Shown here piece after piece: positions 27,337 to 36,782 of a stretch of DNA of 64,000 nt. The notes below the pieces were generated by a model. The model saw only the letters and a list, made by a program, of their open reading frames with translations. It ran no database searches and was not told the origin of the DNA. Numbering within the stretch: position 1 is the first letter of the stretch; each line of letters begins with the position of its first letter. Made by a program: the position numbers and the translations under genes. The stretch is from Anaerolineae bacterium (lineage in GTDB: Bacteria > Chloroflexota > Anaerolineae > B4-G1 > DUEL01), in NCBI GenBank assembly GCA_036172315.1, contig JASFBC010000139.1:1728-65727 (forward strand), given 5' to 3'.

Positions 27337-30300
27337 CTACGGTGTGACAGGAACGGAGGGCTGAAGTTGCCCGATCAGTTGCTCTATGGCCGGCTTCTGC
27401 TCCTCCGGCGCCATCTGGAGCGCCGTCTGGGCTTCCGCCAGCGCCATCTCCAGGAGCCCCTTCTGGTAATAGGCGATCGCCAGCAGCCGGTGGGCATCCC
27501 AGGCCCAGGAGCCGGTGGGATCCAGTTCCAGCGAGCGGCCCAGCGCTTCCACCGCCAGGTCGTCCTGCCCCTGCTGCAGATACACCCGCGCCAGCGCATT
27601 CCAGACCTGGGGCATAGCGGGCACAATTTCCAGAGCCTTCCGATACGCCTCTGCCGCCCCTACCAGGTCCCCTTTCATCGCCCGGGCATCCCCAACGATG
27701 AGCCAGGTCTGCTCAAAGCCATCGTCCACTGCCAGAGAGCGGTTGATACACTCCCAGAATCTCTCCTCGTCCCTCAAACTGTAAAAATAGAGAGTAGCCC
27801 ACTGGTTCCAGAGGATGGGGTTATTGGGGCTCAGCGACGTGGCGGCCTCGTAATAGCGGGAGGCCAGGTTCAGAAGCGTCTCCCGCTGGGCCTGCCCGGC
27901 GGGAAGGTCGGCCCAGCGCTGGTACATCCGGGCCAGGTTGGCCGAATGGTCGGTGTTGAGCGGGCTCAGCGCCTGGGCCTGCAGGAGCACCCGTTCCGTC
28001 TCCCGCAGAATCGCCTCCTGCTGGGTTGTGTCGGTGGTGACAGTCGCCGCCTCCAGCAGCGCGCGGCCTAGATAGAGGTAATAGAAATCCTCGTGGGGGG
28101 CCAGTTGGACCGCCCGCTGGTAGTGGGGGACGGCCGCTCCCCACTGTCCGCTCCGGTCCCATGGGTCGGCCTGCTTGTAGATGATATCAGCGCGGATGGG
28201 GCGCAGGTTGGCCTGCACCGCGCCGAATGCCGCCAGCGGGAGCAGGACCGCCAGCGCCACCGGCCCCCAGGCTGTCCCCCACTTTTTGGGTATCCACCGC
28301 TCCCCCGCCAGCGCCAGCCCGCCCAGGAAAATCACCACGGCCAGAAAGCCGTAATAGGCCCCGATCTGCCCGGCGATGTACTCTGCCAGGCGCAGCAGGT
28401 CGTTGACGTTCTGGACCCTCATCCGCAGCACAGCAGCATGGCGCCCTGCCAGCAGCAGGCCAAAGGTCATCCCTACCGTCAGGGATACCAGGAGGACGAT
28501 CAGGGCTGCCAGCCACAAATCCCCCCGCCGCTGTCCGAATACCCCCCGGTGGGCCATCTGGGTGACGGTCAGGAGGGTAGTCATCGCCCAGGCCATACCG
28601 AAGACCAGGAGGATGCCCAGGGACTGGCGGGGCGGGCCGCCGATGGCGATGACTGTCAGCGAGCGCCAGAAAATCTGCGCGGGGTTGCTCAGCCGCTCCA
28701 CGTTGTTGACGAAGTCATAGGCCAGGGTGCCCAGGATGAGGGCGCCGATGAGGGCAGAGCCCAGCGCGGGCCAGAGCCAGGCGGGGACAGCGGAAGACGG
28801 CGCGGGTGGAGGAGTCGCCGGCCGGCGCCGCCGTTTCCTTCCCTTTGACTTGGGGGACGGCACCGTCTGCGGCGCGGCGGGTCGCTCCTCCCGCTCCGTA
28901 ATGGCCTGAGTGCCCAGGAGGACAAAAACCGCCGCTAGGGTCCAGAAGGTGGTCCGGGTGGACGCAATGGCGATGCCGAAGTTAATCTCCACCAGATGGG
29001 CCACAAAGGCAGCCAGAATGCCGATGAGCAGAATCTGGTGGGGATGGGCCGCTGGGAGGGACTCCGGGGAGAAGAAACCACAGATGACCAGATAAGCCAG
29101 CATTCCCAGGACCATCCCCACCGGAACCGCCAGCCCGAAAAAGTGAGGGCCGACAGTGGGGATGACGGCCGCGACAGCGGCCAATGCGCCCGTCACCAGC
29201 AAGCCGAAAAACAGCCGCCGCCGGGATGGGTCCGGAATCCACCCCAGCCAGGAGAGGCCATAGTAAAAGAGACTGCCGAAGAGCCAGAGGTACGCCGCAA
29301 ACCCCACCAATCCCGTGATGACCAGCGAGTCCAGCGTCTCGTTGTGAGAACGGTCCGGTGAGGCCGTGCGAGACTCGTAATGGCCCAGGAGGGGCGGGTA
29401 AAAACGGTTATAGGCCACATACATGGACTCCGGGCCGTAGCCGACCAGTGGGCGGATGAGATTGAAGGGATCGGGGTGACCGGTGGGGTCGGCGGTGGTG
29501 GCGGGATACTGAATAGGTTGGTGGGGCAGGACCAGGCGCCGGGCCCCCTCCCAGATGAGGGAGCGGACCTTGCCGGTGCCGGTCTCCGCCTGGAGGACGT
29601 CGTCCAGCCGGCCCATCCAGGGTTGCTCCTGGGCCCAGGCGTGGACGGGCTCGGCCAGGTTGACCGTGAGGAAGCCGGCGGCGAAGAGGAGGACAGTGAC
29701 CAGCGCGGCCGCCCACAGCCAGCGCCACCCCCGCCCGTTCACGATGAAGGCTAGCCAGGAGCCGGCGATGACCAGCAGGGCGCCCACAGCCGGTGCCCAC
29801 TGCAGGGATGGGTTTGCCTGCGCGGCGCCGCGCAGGGCCAGATAGAGCCCGGCACCCACTATCCCGGCCCCGACGATGCTCCCCAGTCCGAAAGTGATAC
29901 CAGCCTGAACATCCTCCAGAAGGTCCGTTGGATGAGGGACTTCCCGCAGAGCGGCGCGCCGCAGCGCCAGCAGTCCCAGGAACGCCCAGACGGCCAGCCC
30001 CATCACCAGCCCCATCAGCGGCCCCCGGCTGTGAGTGTACCAGATGCTGATGACCTGGACCAGGAAGATGAAAATATAGGCGGCCGCCCGCAGGACTTCG
30101 GAAATCCCGGCCTTCTCGTCCGTCAGAAGGGAGCGGAAGGCGTCCACCGCGCGCCCCAGCGTGGGGAATGCGGCCATAATCATATACGCGGCGACGAAAA
30201 TGGGGTTGCCCATATTGGAAGCCACCCGCTGGGTCACGTCGCCGCCCCAGGGAAGGGGGTCCCGGCGGGCGTGCTGGACGAATCCGTAAAGGGCGATGGG

Positions 30301-30747
30301 CAGACTGTTGAGAATGAGCGTCGTGATGAACCGGTCCACCTGAGCGCGGGTACGCATCCGGTCCAGGATGATGAGAAAAACGACGATATAAGAGAGCGTA
30401 GTGAACGTCCCCTGAAGCCGCTGGTAGGAGCCGAAGAAACTGGTGTACGGAGTGACCGAGAAGGCAGTGCTGATCAAGTAGACCAGGACGGTGAAGAGAG
30501 TCGGCAGGACCAGGGGGGTGCGCCAGGAGAAGCGCAGGCGACCCCCACCAGCGACCCATCCCTCCACCCGGCGGGCCAGCCAGACGGCGGCCATCACCAG
30601 GGCGATGGAGCGCAGGGTGGTCAGTTTATCCGGTTCAAAGACGCGGCTGGAGTAGATGTTGAAAAAAAGGGGCGTGACGATGATGGCCGCCAGCCATCCG
30701 GCCTCCAGAATGCCGTCCAGAATCGCGCTGAAGCGGGTGGTGTTCAT
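27337..30747 (-). CDS. O-antigen ligase/polymerase-like (Wzy_C) polytopic membrane protein with a C-terminal TPR domain
   Basis: More than 12 TM helices with a Wzy_C-like core. The C-terminal ~350 aa consist of TPR repeats. 1136 aa. Confidence 0.7.
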   Translation of the reverse strand: MNTTRFSAILDGILEAGWLAAIIVTPLFFNIYSSRVFEPDKLTTLRSIALVMAAVWLARRVEGWVAGGGRLRFSWRTPLVLPTLFTVLVYLISTAFSVTPYTSFFGSYQRLQGTFTTLSYIVVFLIILDRMRTRAQVDRFITTLILNSLPIALYGFVQHARRDPLPWGGDVTQRVASNMGNPIFVAAYMIMAAFPTLGRAVDAFRSLLTDEKAGISEVLRAAAYIFIFLVQVISIWYTHSRGPLMGLVMGLAVWAFLGLLALRRAALREVPHPTDLLEDVQAGITFGLGSIVGAGIVGAGLYLALRGAAQANPSLQWAPAVGALLVIAGSWLAFIVNGRGWRWLWAAALVTVLLFAAGFLTVNLAEPVHAWAQEQPWMGRLDDVLQAETGTGKVRSLIWEGARRLVLPHQPIQYPATTADPTGHPDPFNLIRPLVGYGPESMYVAYNRFYPPLLGHYESRTASPDRSHNETLDSLVITGLVGFAAYLWLFGSLFYYGLSWLGWIPDPSRRRLFFGLLVTGALAAVAAVIPTVGPHFFGLAVPVGMVLGMLAYLVICGFFSPESLPAAHPHQILLIGILAAFVAHLVEINFGIAIASTRTTFWTLAAVFVLLGTQAITEREERPAAPQTVPSPKSKGRKRRRRPATPPPAPSSAVPAWLWPALGSALIGALILGTLAYDFVNNVERLSNPAQIFWRSLTVIAIGGPPRQSLGILLVFGMAWAMTTLLTVTQMAHRGVFGQRRGDLWLAALIVLLVSLTVGMTFGLLLAGRHAAVLRMRVQNVNDLLRLAEYIAGQIGAYYGFLAVVIFLGGLALAGERWIPKKWGTAWGPVALAVLLPLAAFGAVQANLRPIRADIIYKQADPWDRSGQWGAAVPHYQRAVQLAPHEDFYYLYLGRALLEAATVTTDTTQQEAILRETERVLLQAQALSPLNTDHSANLARMYQRWADLPAGQAQRETLLNLASRYYEAATSLSPNNPILWNQWATLYFYSLRDEERFWECINRSLAVDDGFEQTWLIVGDARAMKGDLVGAAEAYRKALEIVPAMPQVWNALARVYLQQGQDDLAVEALGRSLELDPTGSWAWDAHRLLAIAYYQKGLLEMALAEAQTALQMAPEEQKPAIEQLIGQLQPSVPVTP

Positions 30748-31709
30748 CTATCTTCCTCGGGCATCGCCTCTACCAGTTCGCCGTAGGAGAAAATGATATG
30801 AAAGCCCAGGGCCTGGATTCGCTCCTGTACCTCCGGCCGGGCCCGGTAGCAGAAGCAGACGGGAAAGATTTCTCCCTCCAGGTTGCGGCGGGCTATTTCC
30901 ACCGTTCGGGCGAACTTTTCCACTTCCCGCATCGTCAGATTGTGTTTGGCCTCCCCCACAATCCAGATGCGCCGTTCCGGTTGGGCCGGGTCGCGGGCCT
31001 CGCCGAAGATGTTGACCTCCCGCTTCTGGCCATCCCACCGCTGCCAGACCCGCTTCAGTTCTCCCACCTGCCAGCCCTTTTTCTGGCCGAGGACCCGGTG
31101 GATCACGATGTAGGCGATGTCTTCTATATCTCCACCAACGGTTTCGCTGAGTCCACCGACCTGGTGGGCCAGTCTATCCACTTTTCGCTCGGTGCGGGCC
31201 TGGGCCGCCGCCAGTTCCTCAATCCGCGCCTCGGTGCGGGCTTGAGCCCTGGCCAGTTCCTCAACCCGCGCCTCCGTCCGGGCCTGGGCCTCCGCCAGCC
31301 GGTCCAGCGCGGCTTCTATGCGGGCAAAGCGGGCCTCCGAAGCCTCCCGGTATTTCCGGAATTCCTCCTCGGTGCGGGCCTGGGCCTCCGCCAATTCTCG
31401 GACCTGCGCTTCGGTGCGGGCCTGGGCCTCGGCCAGCCGGTCCAGCGCCGCTTCTATGCGGGCAAAGCGGGCCTCCGAAGCCTCCCGGTATTTCCGGAAT
31501 TCCTCCTCGGTGCGGCCCTGGGCCTCGGCCAGTTCCTGGATGCTCTCTTTGAGGTCCTGGACGTCCTCGCGGGTGGCAAACTCCCCCCGAATCTGCCCCG
31601 CGATCAGACCGAGAGTATCGGCCAGGATTTCAGCCTGAGGCTCATCAAACGCGTTGAGAAAACGCCGAAAGAGCAGAGAGCGTTCCAAGTTCGTGATCGA
31701 GATACTCAT
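30744..31709 (-). CDS. Coiled-coil protein with a C-terminal PD-(D/E)xK nuclease-like domain (DUF3782-like), containing an internal 46-aa tandem repeat
   Basis: Start MSISITNLERS with an AGGAGG SD. EEFRKYREASEARFARIEAALDRLAEAQARTEA occurs twice (a 138-bp direct nucleotide repeat at ~31288-31563). The C-terminus has IWIVGEAK (ExK) and E..IFGEARD. Confidence 0.6.
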   Translation of the reverse strand: MSISITNLERSLLFRRFLNAFDEPQAEILADTLGLIAGQIRGEFATREDVQDLKESIQELAEAQGRTEEEFRKYREASEARFARIEAALDRLAEAQARTEAQVRELAEAQARTEEEFRKYREASEARFARIEAALDRLAEAQARTEARVEELARAQARTEARIEELAAAQARTERKVDRLAHQVGGLSETVGGDIEDIAYIVIHRVLGQKKGWQVGELKRVWQRWDGQKREVNIFGEARDPAQPERRIWIVGEAKHNLTMREVEKFARTVEIARRNLEGEIFPVCFCYRARPEVQERIQALGFHIIFSYGELVEAMPEEDR

Positions 31710-32731
31710 CGTTGCCTCCTGGATGGATAAAGAGATCGCTCCGCAGGAGTGGTCCTCTGGTATCCCATTATCCCATTCCGAAACCACTCCAGCGTCCGCT
31801 GGAGTCCCTCCTCCAGCGGCACTTCGGCCTCAAAGCCCAGAATCTCCCGCGCCCGACGCACGTCGGGCACCCGGCGGCGGGTCTCCTCAAAGTCCGGGCC
31901 GTAGGCGGAAGCATAGGGAACATGGACGATCTCCGATCGGGAGCCAGTCAGGGTTAGAATCCGTCGGGCTAGGTCGGCAATGGTGATTTCCCGGTCAGAG
32001 CCAATGTTGAAGACCTCTCCGGCAGCCTCCGGGACGGTCCCCGCCAGGATAGTGCCCCGCACCGTGTCGGCAACGTAGGTGAAACAGCGGGTCTGCTGGC
32101 CATCCTCGTAGACGGTGAGCGGCTCGCCCCGCAGCGCCTGGGTGAAGAAGCGGGCGATGACGCTCCCGTAGCCACGCGGGTCCAGGCGCGGGCCATAGGC
32201 ATTGAAATACCGTACCACGGTAACCGGCAGCCCTTTTCTGGCGTAGGCCAGGGCGAAGTACTCGTCTATCGCTTTAGCATCAGAATAGGACCAGCGGGGG
32301 ACGGTGGTCGGGCCCAGAAGCCGGTCCCCGTCTTCCCGCAGCGGCACGTCGGTGGATTTCCCATAGACCTCGGAACTGGAGGCGATGACAGTGCGCACCC
32401 AGTACTTGTGAGCCAGTTCCAGGACGTTTTCCGTCCCCCGAACGTTGACGATGATGGCATTCAACGGGTCCTCCACCACGTACTTGACACCGACGACGGC
32501 GGCCAGGTGAAAGATGAGATCGGCCCGGCGGATCAGCCGCTCCAGTGCGGTGGTGTTGAGGATGGAGTCGTTGATGAATCGGAACCGTTCGCTCCCCAGA
32601 TGGTGGGCGATGTTAGCGACTTTGCCCACGGATAAGTTATCCAGGACGGTGACCTGGTGCCCCTGGGCCATCAGGGCATCCACCAGGTGAGAACCGATGA
32701 AGCCCGCCCCGCCGGTGACCAGGACTCTCAT
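31706..32731 (-). CDS. NAD-dependent epimerase/dehydratase (extended SDR, UDP-sugar modifying)
   Basis: VLVTGGAGFIGSHL Rossmann motif and YSDAK (YxxxK). Start at MRVLVTGG, with a GGAGG SD. Confidence 0.85.
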   Translation of the reverse strand: MRVLVTGGAGFIGSHLVDALMAQGHQVTVLDNLSVGKVANIAHHLGSERFRFINDSILNTTALERLIRRADLIFHLAAVVGVKYVVEDPLNAIIVNVRGTENVLELAHKYWVRTVIASSSEVYGKSTDVPLREDGDRLLGPTTVPRWSYSDAKAIDEYFALAYARKGLPVTVVRYFNAYGPRLDPRGYGSVIARFFTQALRGEPLTVYEDGQQTRCFTYVADTVRGTILAGTVPEAAGEVFNIGSDREITIADLARRILTLTGSRSEIVHVPYASAYGPDFEETRRRVPDVRRAREILGFEAEVPLEEGLQRTLEWFRNGIMGYQRTTPAERSLYPSRRQR

Positions 32732-32914
32732 CTTGCCTCCAGGGGAAGAGGATGCGCTCCAGTGCTTCCTGCAACTGGGCAGGTGACCCGCACCGCATAC
32801 CCTGCTCCGCCAAACGAGAACGGACCCTTTTAGGAGCCCCCTTTGCCCAACTACCCGATGCCGCGTCCGACATAATCTTACCCCGAATCGGGGAAAAGCG
32901 CCAGTCCAAAACAA

Positions 32915-32945
32915 AAAGAAGGGCCGGAGTGGCCCTTCTTTCAGA
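32915..32945 (-). terminator. Rho-independent terminator (GGGCCGGAGTGGCCC hairpin flanked by A/T tracts) after rplT
   Basis: aaaaagaaGGGCCggagtGGCCCttctttc is bidirectional, with T/A runs on both sides. Confidence 0.6.
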
Positions 32946-32962
32946 AAAGGAGACGGGCGAGC

Positions 32963-33310
32963 TTACGCTTGCCGGGCCATCTCAGCCAGACGGGCGAACG
33001 TAGCGGCATCCCGCACGGCGATGTCGGCCAGCACCTTCCGGTCCAGCGCTACACCGGCCCGTTTGAGGCCGGCGATGAAGCGATTATAAGAGAGACCATG
33101 CTGGCGGGCGGCCGCGTTAATACGCAGAACCCACAACCGCCGCAGGTCCCGGCGTCGCTGCCGGCGGTCCCGGTAAGCGTACCACATCCCTTTCATCCAC
33201 GCCTCATTGGCCCGACGCCAGAGGCGATGACGGGTGCCGTAGTAGCCGCTGGTCTGGCGGATGATTTTCTTGTGACGACGACGGGTTCGGAATCCTCCTT
33301 TAACTCTCAC
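32963..33310 (-). CDS. rplT: 50S ribosomal protein L20
   Basis: [16 protein letters not shown].. and the conserved L20 C-terminus. GTG start. Confidence 0.92.
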   Translation of the reverse strand: MRVKGGFRTRRRHKKIIRQTSGYYGTRHRLWRRANEAWMKGMWYAYRDRRQRRRDLRRLWVLRINAAARQHGLSYNRFIAGLKRAGVALDRKVLADIAVRDAATFARLAEMARQA

Positions 33311-33314
33311 GGTC

Positions 33315-33536
33315 TCACTTCCCCTTTTCTCTCAAATACGGTGCCAGACGAGCAACCCGGTGGCGGACCGCCGGGGACTCCACAACCAGTATCTCATCGT
33401 AGAGCCGCCGGGCCCGCGCGCTCTTCTTCCGACGCAGGTGGGACTTTCCCAACTTGGTGCGCATCAGTTTCCCTTTGCCACCCTGGCTGATGCGGAATCG
33501 TTTGGAGGTAGATTTATGGGTTTTGATCTTCGGCAC
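33315..33536 (-). CDS. rpmI: 50S ribosomal protein L35
   Basis: [21 protein letters not shown]... (73 aa). Confidence 0.92.
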   Translation of the reverse strand: MPKIKTHKSTSKRFRISQGGKGKLMRTKLGKSHLRRKKSARARRLYDEILVVESPAVRHRVARLAPYLREKGK

Positions 33537-34116
33537 GCTTCACCTCGCTCTGCTGACCTCCTGCTGCTTTCTTTGGCTTTGGCGCCAGAATCATCAGCAT
33601 CGTCTGCCCTTCCATATTCGGGGCCTGCTCCACTACCGCGATATCGGCCAACTCCTTCGCCACTTCCTGCAGTTGCTCTATAGCCAGTTCGGGGTAGGTA
33701 ATCTCCCGGCCCCGGAACCGGACCCGCACCTTGACCTTCATGCCCTCTCCCAGCCAGCGGCGGGCATCCCGCACCTTGATGGCCCGGTCGTGCTCATCCG
33801 TTTTCGGACGCAGGCGGATTTCCTTCACTTCCACCAACTTCTGGGAGCGTCGCGCCTCGCGCTCTTTTTTCGTCTGCTCGTAGATAAATTTTCCGTAATC
33901 TACAATGCGGACCACCGGCGGATCGGCGCTCGGGGAAATCTCCACCAGGTCCAGATTTGCCTTGCGGGCCTGCTCCAGTGCCTCCTGGAGGGAGACAATC
34001 CCGAGATGCTCCCGATTCGGGCCAATCAACCGCACCTGCGGAGCCTGAATCTCGCGGTTGATGCGGTAAGCGTAGCGCAGGTCACGCTTGAATTTTTTAG
34101 GCGGTCTTCGCTTTAT
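33514..34116 (-). CDS. infC: Translation initiation factor IF-3, probable non-AUG (ATA) start
   Basis: RINREIQAPQVRLIGPNREHLGIVSLQEAL... aligns with E. coli IF3 from its residue ~13. In-frame ATA preceded by GAGG at 5 nt. The ORF track uses TTG at 34185. Confidence 0.8.
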   Translation of the reverse strand: MKRRPPKKFKRDLRYAYRINREIQAPQVRLIGPNREHLGIVSLQEALEQARKANLDLVEISPSADPPVVRIVDYGKFIYEQTKKEREARRSQKLVEVKEIRLRPKTDEHDRAIKVRDARRWLGEGMKVKVRVRFRGREITYPELAIEQLQEVAKELADIAVVEQAPNMEGQTMLMILAPKPKKAAGGQQSEVKRAEDQNP

Positions 34117-34215
34117 TTCGGCCTCGCTTTCGTGGGTTTTCCGGATTCTGGCGTTTTCTGTAATGTGGTGTTTATCATAACACAAGATGCCGAAGGTGTC
34201 AAATAGCCTGAGGGA

Positions 34216-34731
34216 TTAAACCTCATCTTCTGGACGCGCTGGCTCCACGTCCACGATGATCCCCGGAGCCGGGCTGGAAGGGCCAGCGGCGGGTGCTGGG
34301 CTCTGCTGGGGGGGCTCAATCAGCGGGGGTTCAATATCCGTGTGCATGGTGGTCTGCCCTCGCAGATAAGCCCCCTCGCTGACCAGGAGGGAATTTACCG
34401 TCAGGTCTCCCCAGACCCGACCCGTCTCCAGCACTTCCACCCGGTTGCCGGTGATATTCCCTTTCACGGCCCCGGAAATGGAGATGTTGTTGGCCTGAAT
34501 ATCGGCGATGATTTTGGCCGATTCCCCAATCACCAGATTGCCGGTCGTCTGAATATTCCCCTCAAAGATGCCGTCAATCCGGATGCCCCCTTCGGAGACC
34601 AGGCTTCCCCGAAAATGGGCATTGGGGCCGATGACCGTCTCAATACGGGCAGCGGGCGCTGCCGGAGCCGCCGGCGCAACAGCCGGGGGCGGCATCCTTC
34701 TTTCGGTTTTCTTTTCTTCTCTCCCGAACAC
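34216..34731 (-). CDS. Bactofilin (DUF583/CcmA family polymer-forming protein)
   Basis: A beta-helical repeat region (IGPNAHFRGSLVSEGGIRIDGIFEGNIQTTGNLVIGESAKIIADIQANNISISGAVKGNITGNRVEVLETGRVWGDL) is flanked by Pro-rich tails. GTG start with an AAGGAGG SD. The ORF-track 5' extension is non-coding. Confidence 0.75.
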   Translation of the reverse strand: MFGREEKKTERRMPPPAVAPAAPAAPAARIETVIGPNAHFRGSLVSEGGIRIDGIFEGNIQTTGNLVIGESAKIIADIQANNISISGAVKGNITGNRVEVLETGRVWGDLTVNSLLVSEGAYLRGQTTMHTDIEPPLIEPPQQSPAPAAGPSSPAPGIIVDVEPARPEDEV

Positions 34732-34787
34732 GTTGGCCTCCTTATTCACTATTTGTATGATATGAAATTGGCAATTATCGCGCCGAC

Positions 34788-36647
34788 TCAGGGGTGATTT
34801 CCGTGCAGATGGAACGGTACGTGAGTGACCATAACCTCCCGCCGGAAGAGGAAAGCCAGGTGAATCAGCCAGGCTGTCTGGTTGTGCAGGAGATGATGCC
34901 ACCACTTCGCCGGGACAAACTGCGGGAGCACAATCGTCACCACCTGGTCCCGTCGCCGTCGGTCGTCTATCCGGTCCACGTACTCCACCAACGGCCCGAT
35001 GATGGACCGGTACGGCGAAGGGAGCACGACCAGCGGGACGCCGTCTCCCCACTCTTCCCACTTGCGCTGGATTTTCGGCGTCTCGTTGGGGTCCACCTCC
35101 ACATAGACCGCTGTCACGTCATCGGAGAGGGAACGGGCATAGTTGAGGGCTGCGATGACGGCCCGATGCACTCCCGCGATCGGGACAATCACCCGATGCC
35201 GCCGAACAGGCGGCGGGCTCCCGAAGGCCCCCAGCGAGAGTTGGGCCGCCACGTCCCGATAGTGGCGGTGGACCGCCAGGAAGAACCCAATGAAAAGGGG
35301 AATCCAGACGACAACGATCCAGGCACCGTAGATGAACTTGGTCACCACGAAAACTGTCAGGACGACCGCCGTCATTAACGCGCCGAACCCGTTGATGCCC
35401 ATTTTGAGCCACCAGTGCGGGCCCCGGCGGCGCCACCACCGCATCACCATCCCCGATTGGGAGAGGGTGAAAGACAGGAACACTCCCACTGCGTAGAGGG
35501 GGATCAGGCGGGTGGTCTTGCCGTCAAAGACGACCAGGAGGGTGGAGGCTGCCAGCGCCAACGCCAGAATCCCGTTGGAGAAGACCAGCCGGTCCCCCAG
35601 CAGGGCGAACTGGTTAGGCATATACCGGTCCCGGGCCAGGAAATAGGAGAGGCGGGGAAAGTCGGCAAAGGCCGTGTTCGCTGCCAGCACCAGGATCAGC
35701 ATCGTCGCGGCCTGGAAGAAGTAGTAGAGGATGGTGTCATCTCCGAACGCCACCCGTCCCAGTTGAGAGATGACCGTCTCGTGGGTCTCTTCATTGGGTA
35801 CGACGCCAAACTGACGGCTCAGGAAGGTGATGCCCAGGAACATCGTGATCAGAAGAACCGCCATCGCGATGAGAGTCTTTCCCGCGTTCTCTGACTCCGG
35901 CGGCTTGAACGCCGGGATACCGTCGCTGATGGCTTCCACGCCGGTCAGCGCCGCGCAGCCGCTGGAGAAAGCCCGCAGGATGAGGAAAAGGGTCAGCGCA
36001 TGGGTGGCGGGGTACGCTATCCGGGGCGGCGCGGCCGGCGGCATCCCCGATGCAATCCAGCGATATAACCCGACACCCAGCATGCCCAGCGTCATTATGA
36101 CAAAAAAGTAGGTGGGGATGGCGAAAATTGTCCCCGATTCTCGCACGCCCCGCAGGTTCAGGATGGCAGTGACGGCGATGAGCGCCAGCCCCATCCCCAC
36201 CCGGTACGGGTAGAGGGCCGGGAAAGCGGAGGTGACCGCCGCCACGCCCGCGCTGATGCTCACCGCGACGGTCAGGACGTAGTCGGTCAGGATGGCGGCC
36301 GCTGCCACCAGGCCCGGCAATTGCCCCAGATTGTCGTGGGCGACGATATAGGCCCCGCCGCCGCCGGGATAGGCGTGGATGGTCTGGTAGTAGGAGAAAG
36401 CGACAATAGCCAGCAGGATGGCGATGCCCAGCGCAATGGGCCAGGCCATCCCCGCGGCCGCGCTCCCGGCCAGGATGAGTACCAGCAGGATCTCCTCTGT
36501 GGCGTAGGCCGTGGAGGATAGCGCGTCGGAGGCGAAGACCGCCAGCGCCTTGATTTTGGTCAGCCGTTCGTGCTTCAGTTGGGCCGTTGCCAGTGGGCTG
36601 CCAAGGAGCAGCCGCCGCAGGCTGAACCCGGAAGGTCCGCTCCACAT
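34788..36647 (-). CDS. APC-superfamily transporter with a C-terminal cytoplasmic domain (KimA-like K+ importer family)
   Basis: 12 TM helices in the APC fold plus a ~150-aa C-terminal domain. Start at MWSGPSG. A candidate promoter TTGCGG-16-TACAAT lies just upstream (36668-36695). Confidence 0.65.
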   Translation of the reverse strand: MWSGPSGFSLRRLLLGSPLATAQLKHERLTKIKALAVFASDALSSTAYATEEILLVLILAGSAAAGMAWPIALGIAILLAIVAFSYYQTIHAYPGGGGAYIVAHDNLGQLPGLVAAAAILTDYVLTVAVSISAGVAAVTSAFPALYPYRVGMGLALIAVTAILNLRGVRESGTIFAIPTYFFVIMTLGMLGVGLYRWIASGMPPAAPPRIAYPATHALTLFLILRAFSSGCAALTGVEAISDGIPAFKPPESENAGKTLIAMAVLLITMFLGITFLSRQFGVVPNEETHETVISQLGRVAFGDDTILYYFFQAATMLILVLAANTAFADFPRLSYFLARDRYMPNQFALLGDRLVFSNGILALALAASTLLVVFDGKTTRLIPLYAVGVFLSFTLSQSGMVMRWWRRRGPHWWLKMGINGFGALMTAVVLTVFVVTKFIYGAWIVVVWIPLFIGFFLAVHRHYRDVAAQLSLGAFGSPPPVRRHRVIVPIAGVHRAVIAALNYARSLSDDVTAVYVEVDPNETPKIQRKWEEWGDGVPLVVLPSPYRSIIGPLVEYVDRIDDRRRRDQVVTIVLPQFVPAKWWHHLLHNQTAWLIHLAFLFRREVMVTHVPFHLHGNHP

Positions 36648-36782
36648 ACTCGTTCCCTGTGGGGTAAATTGTAGCACAGAACTCCATCCCCGCAAGATGC
36701 CACTTGCGCCCCCGCCGAATCCCGATACAATATGAATGACGGACGACAGACCACAGGCCACAGGCGACAGTTCGGAGGGAAC

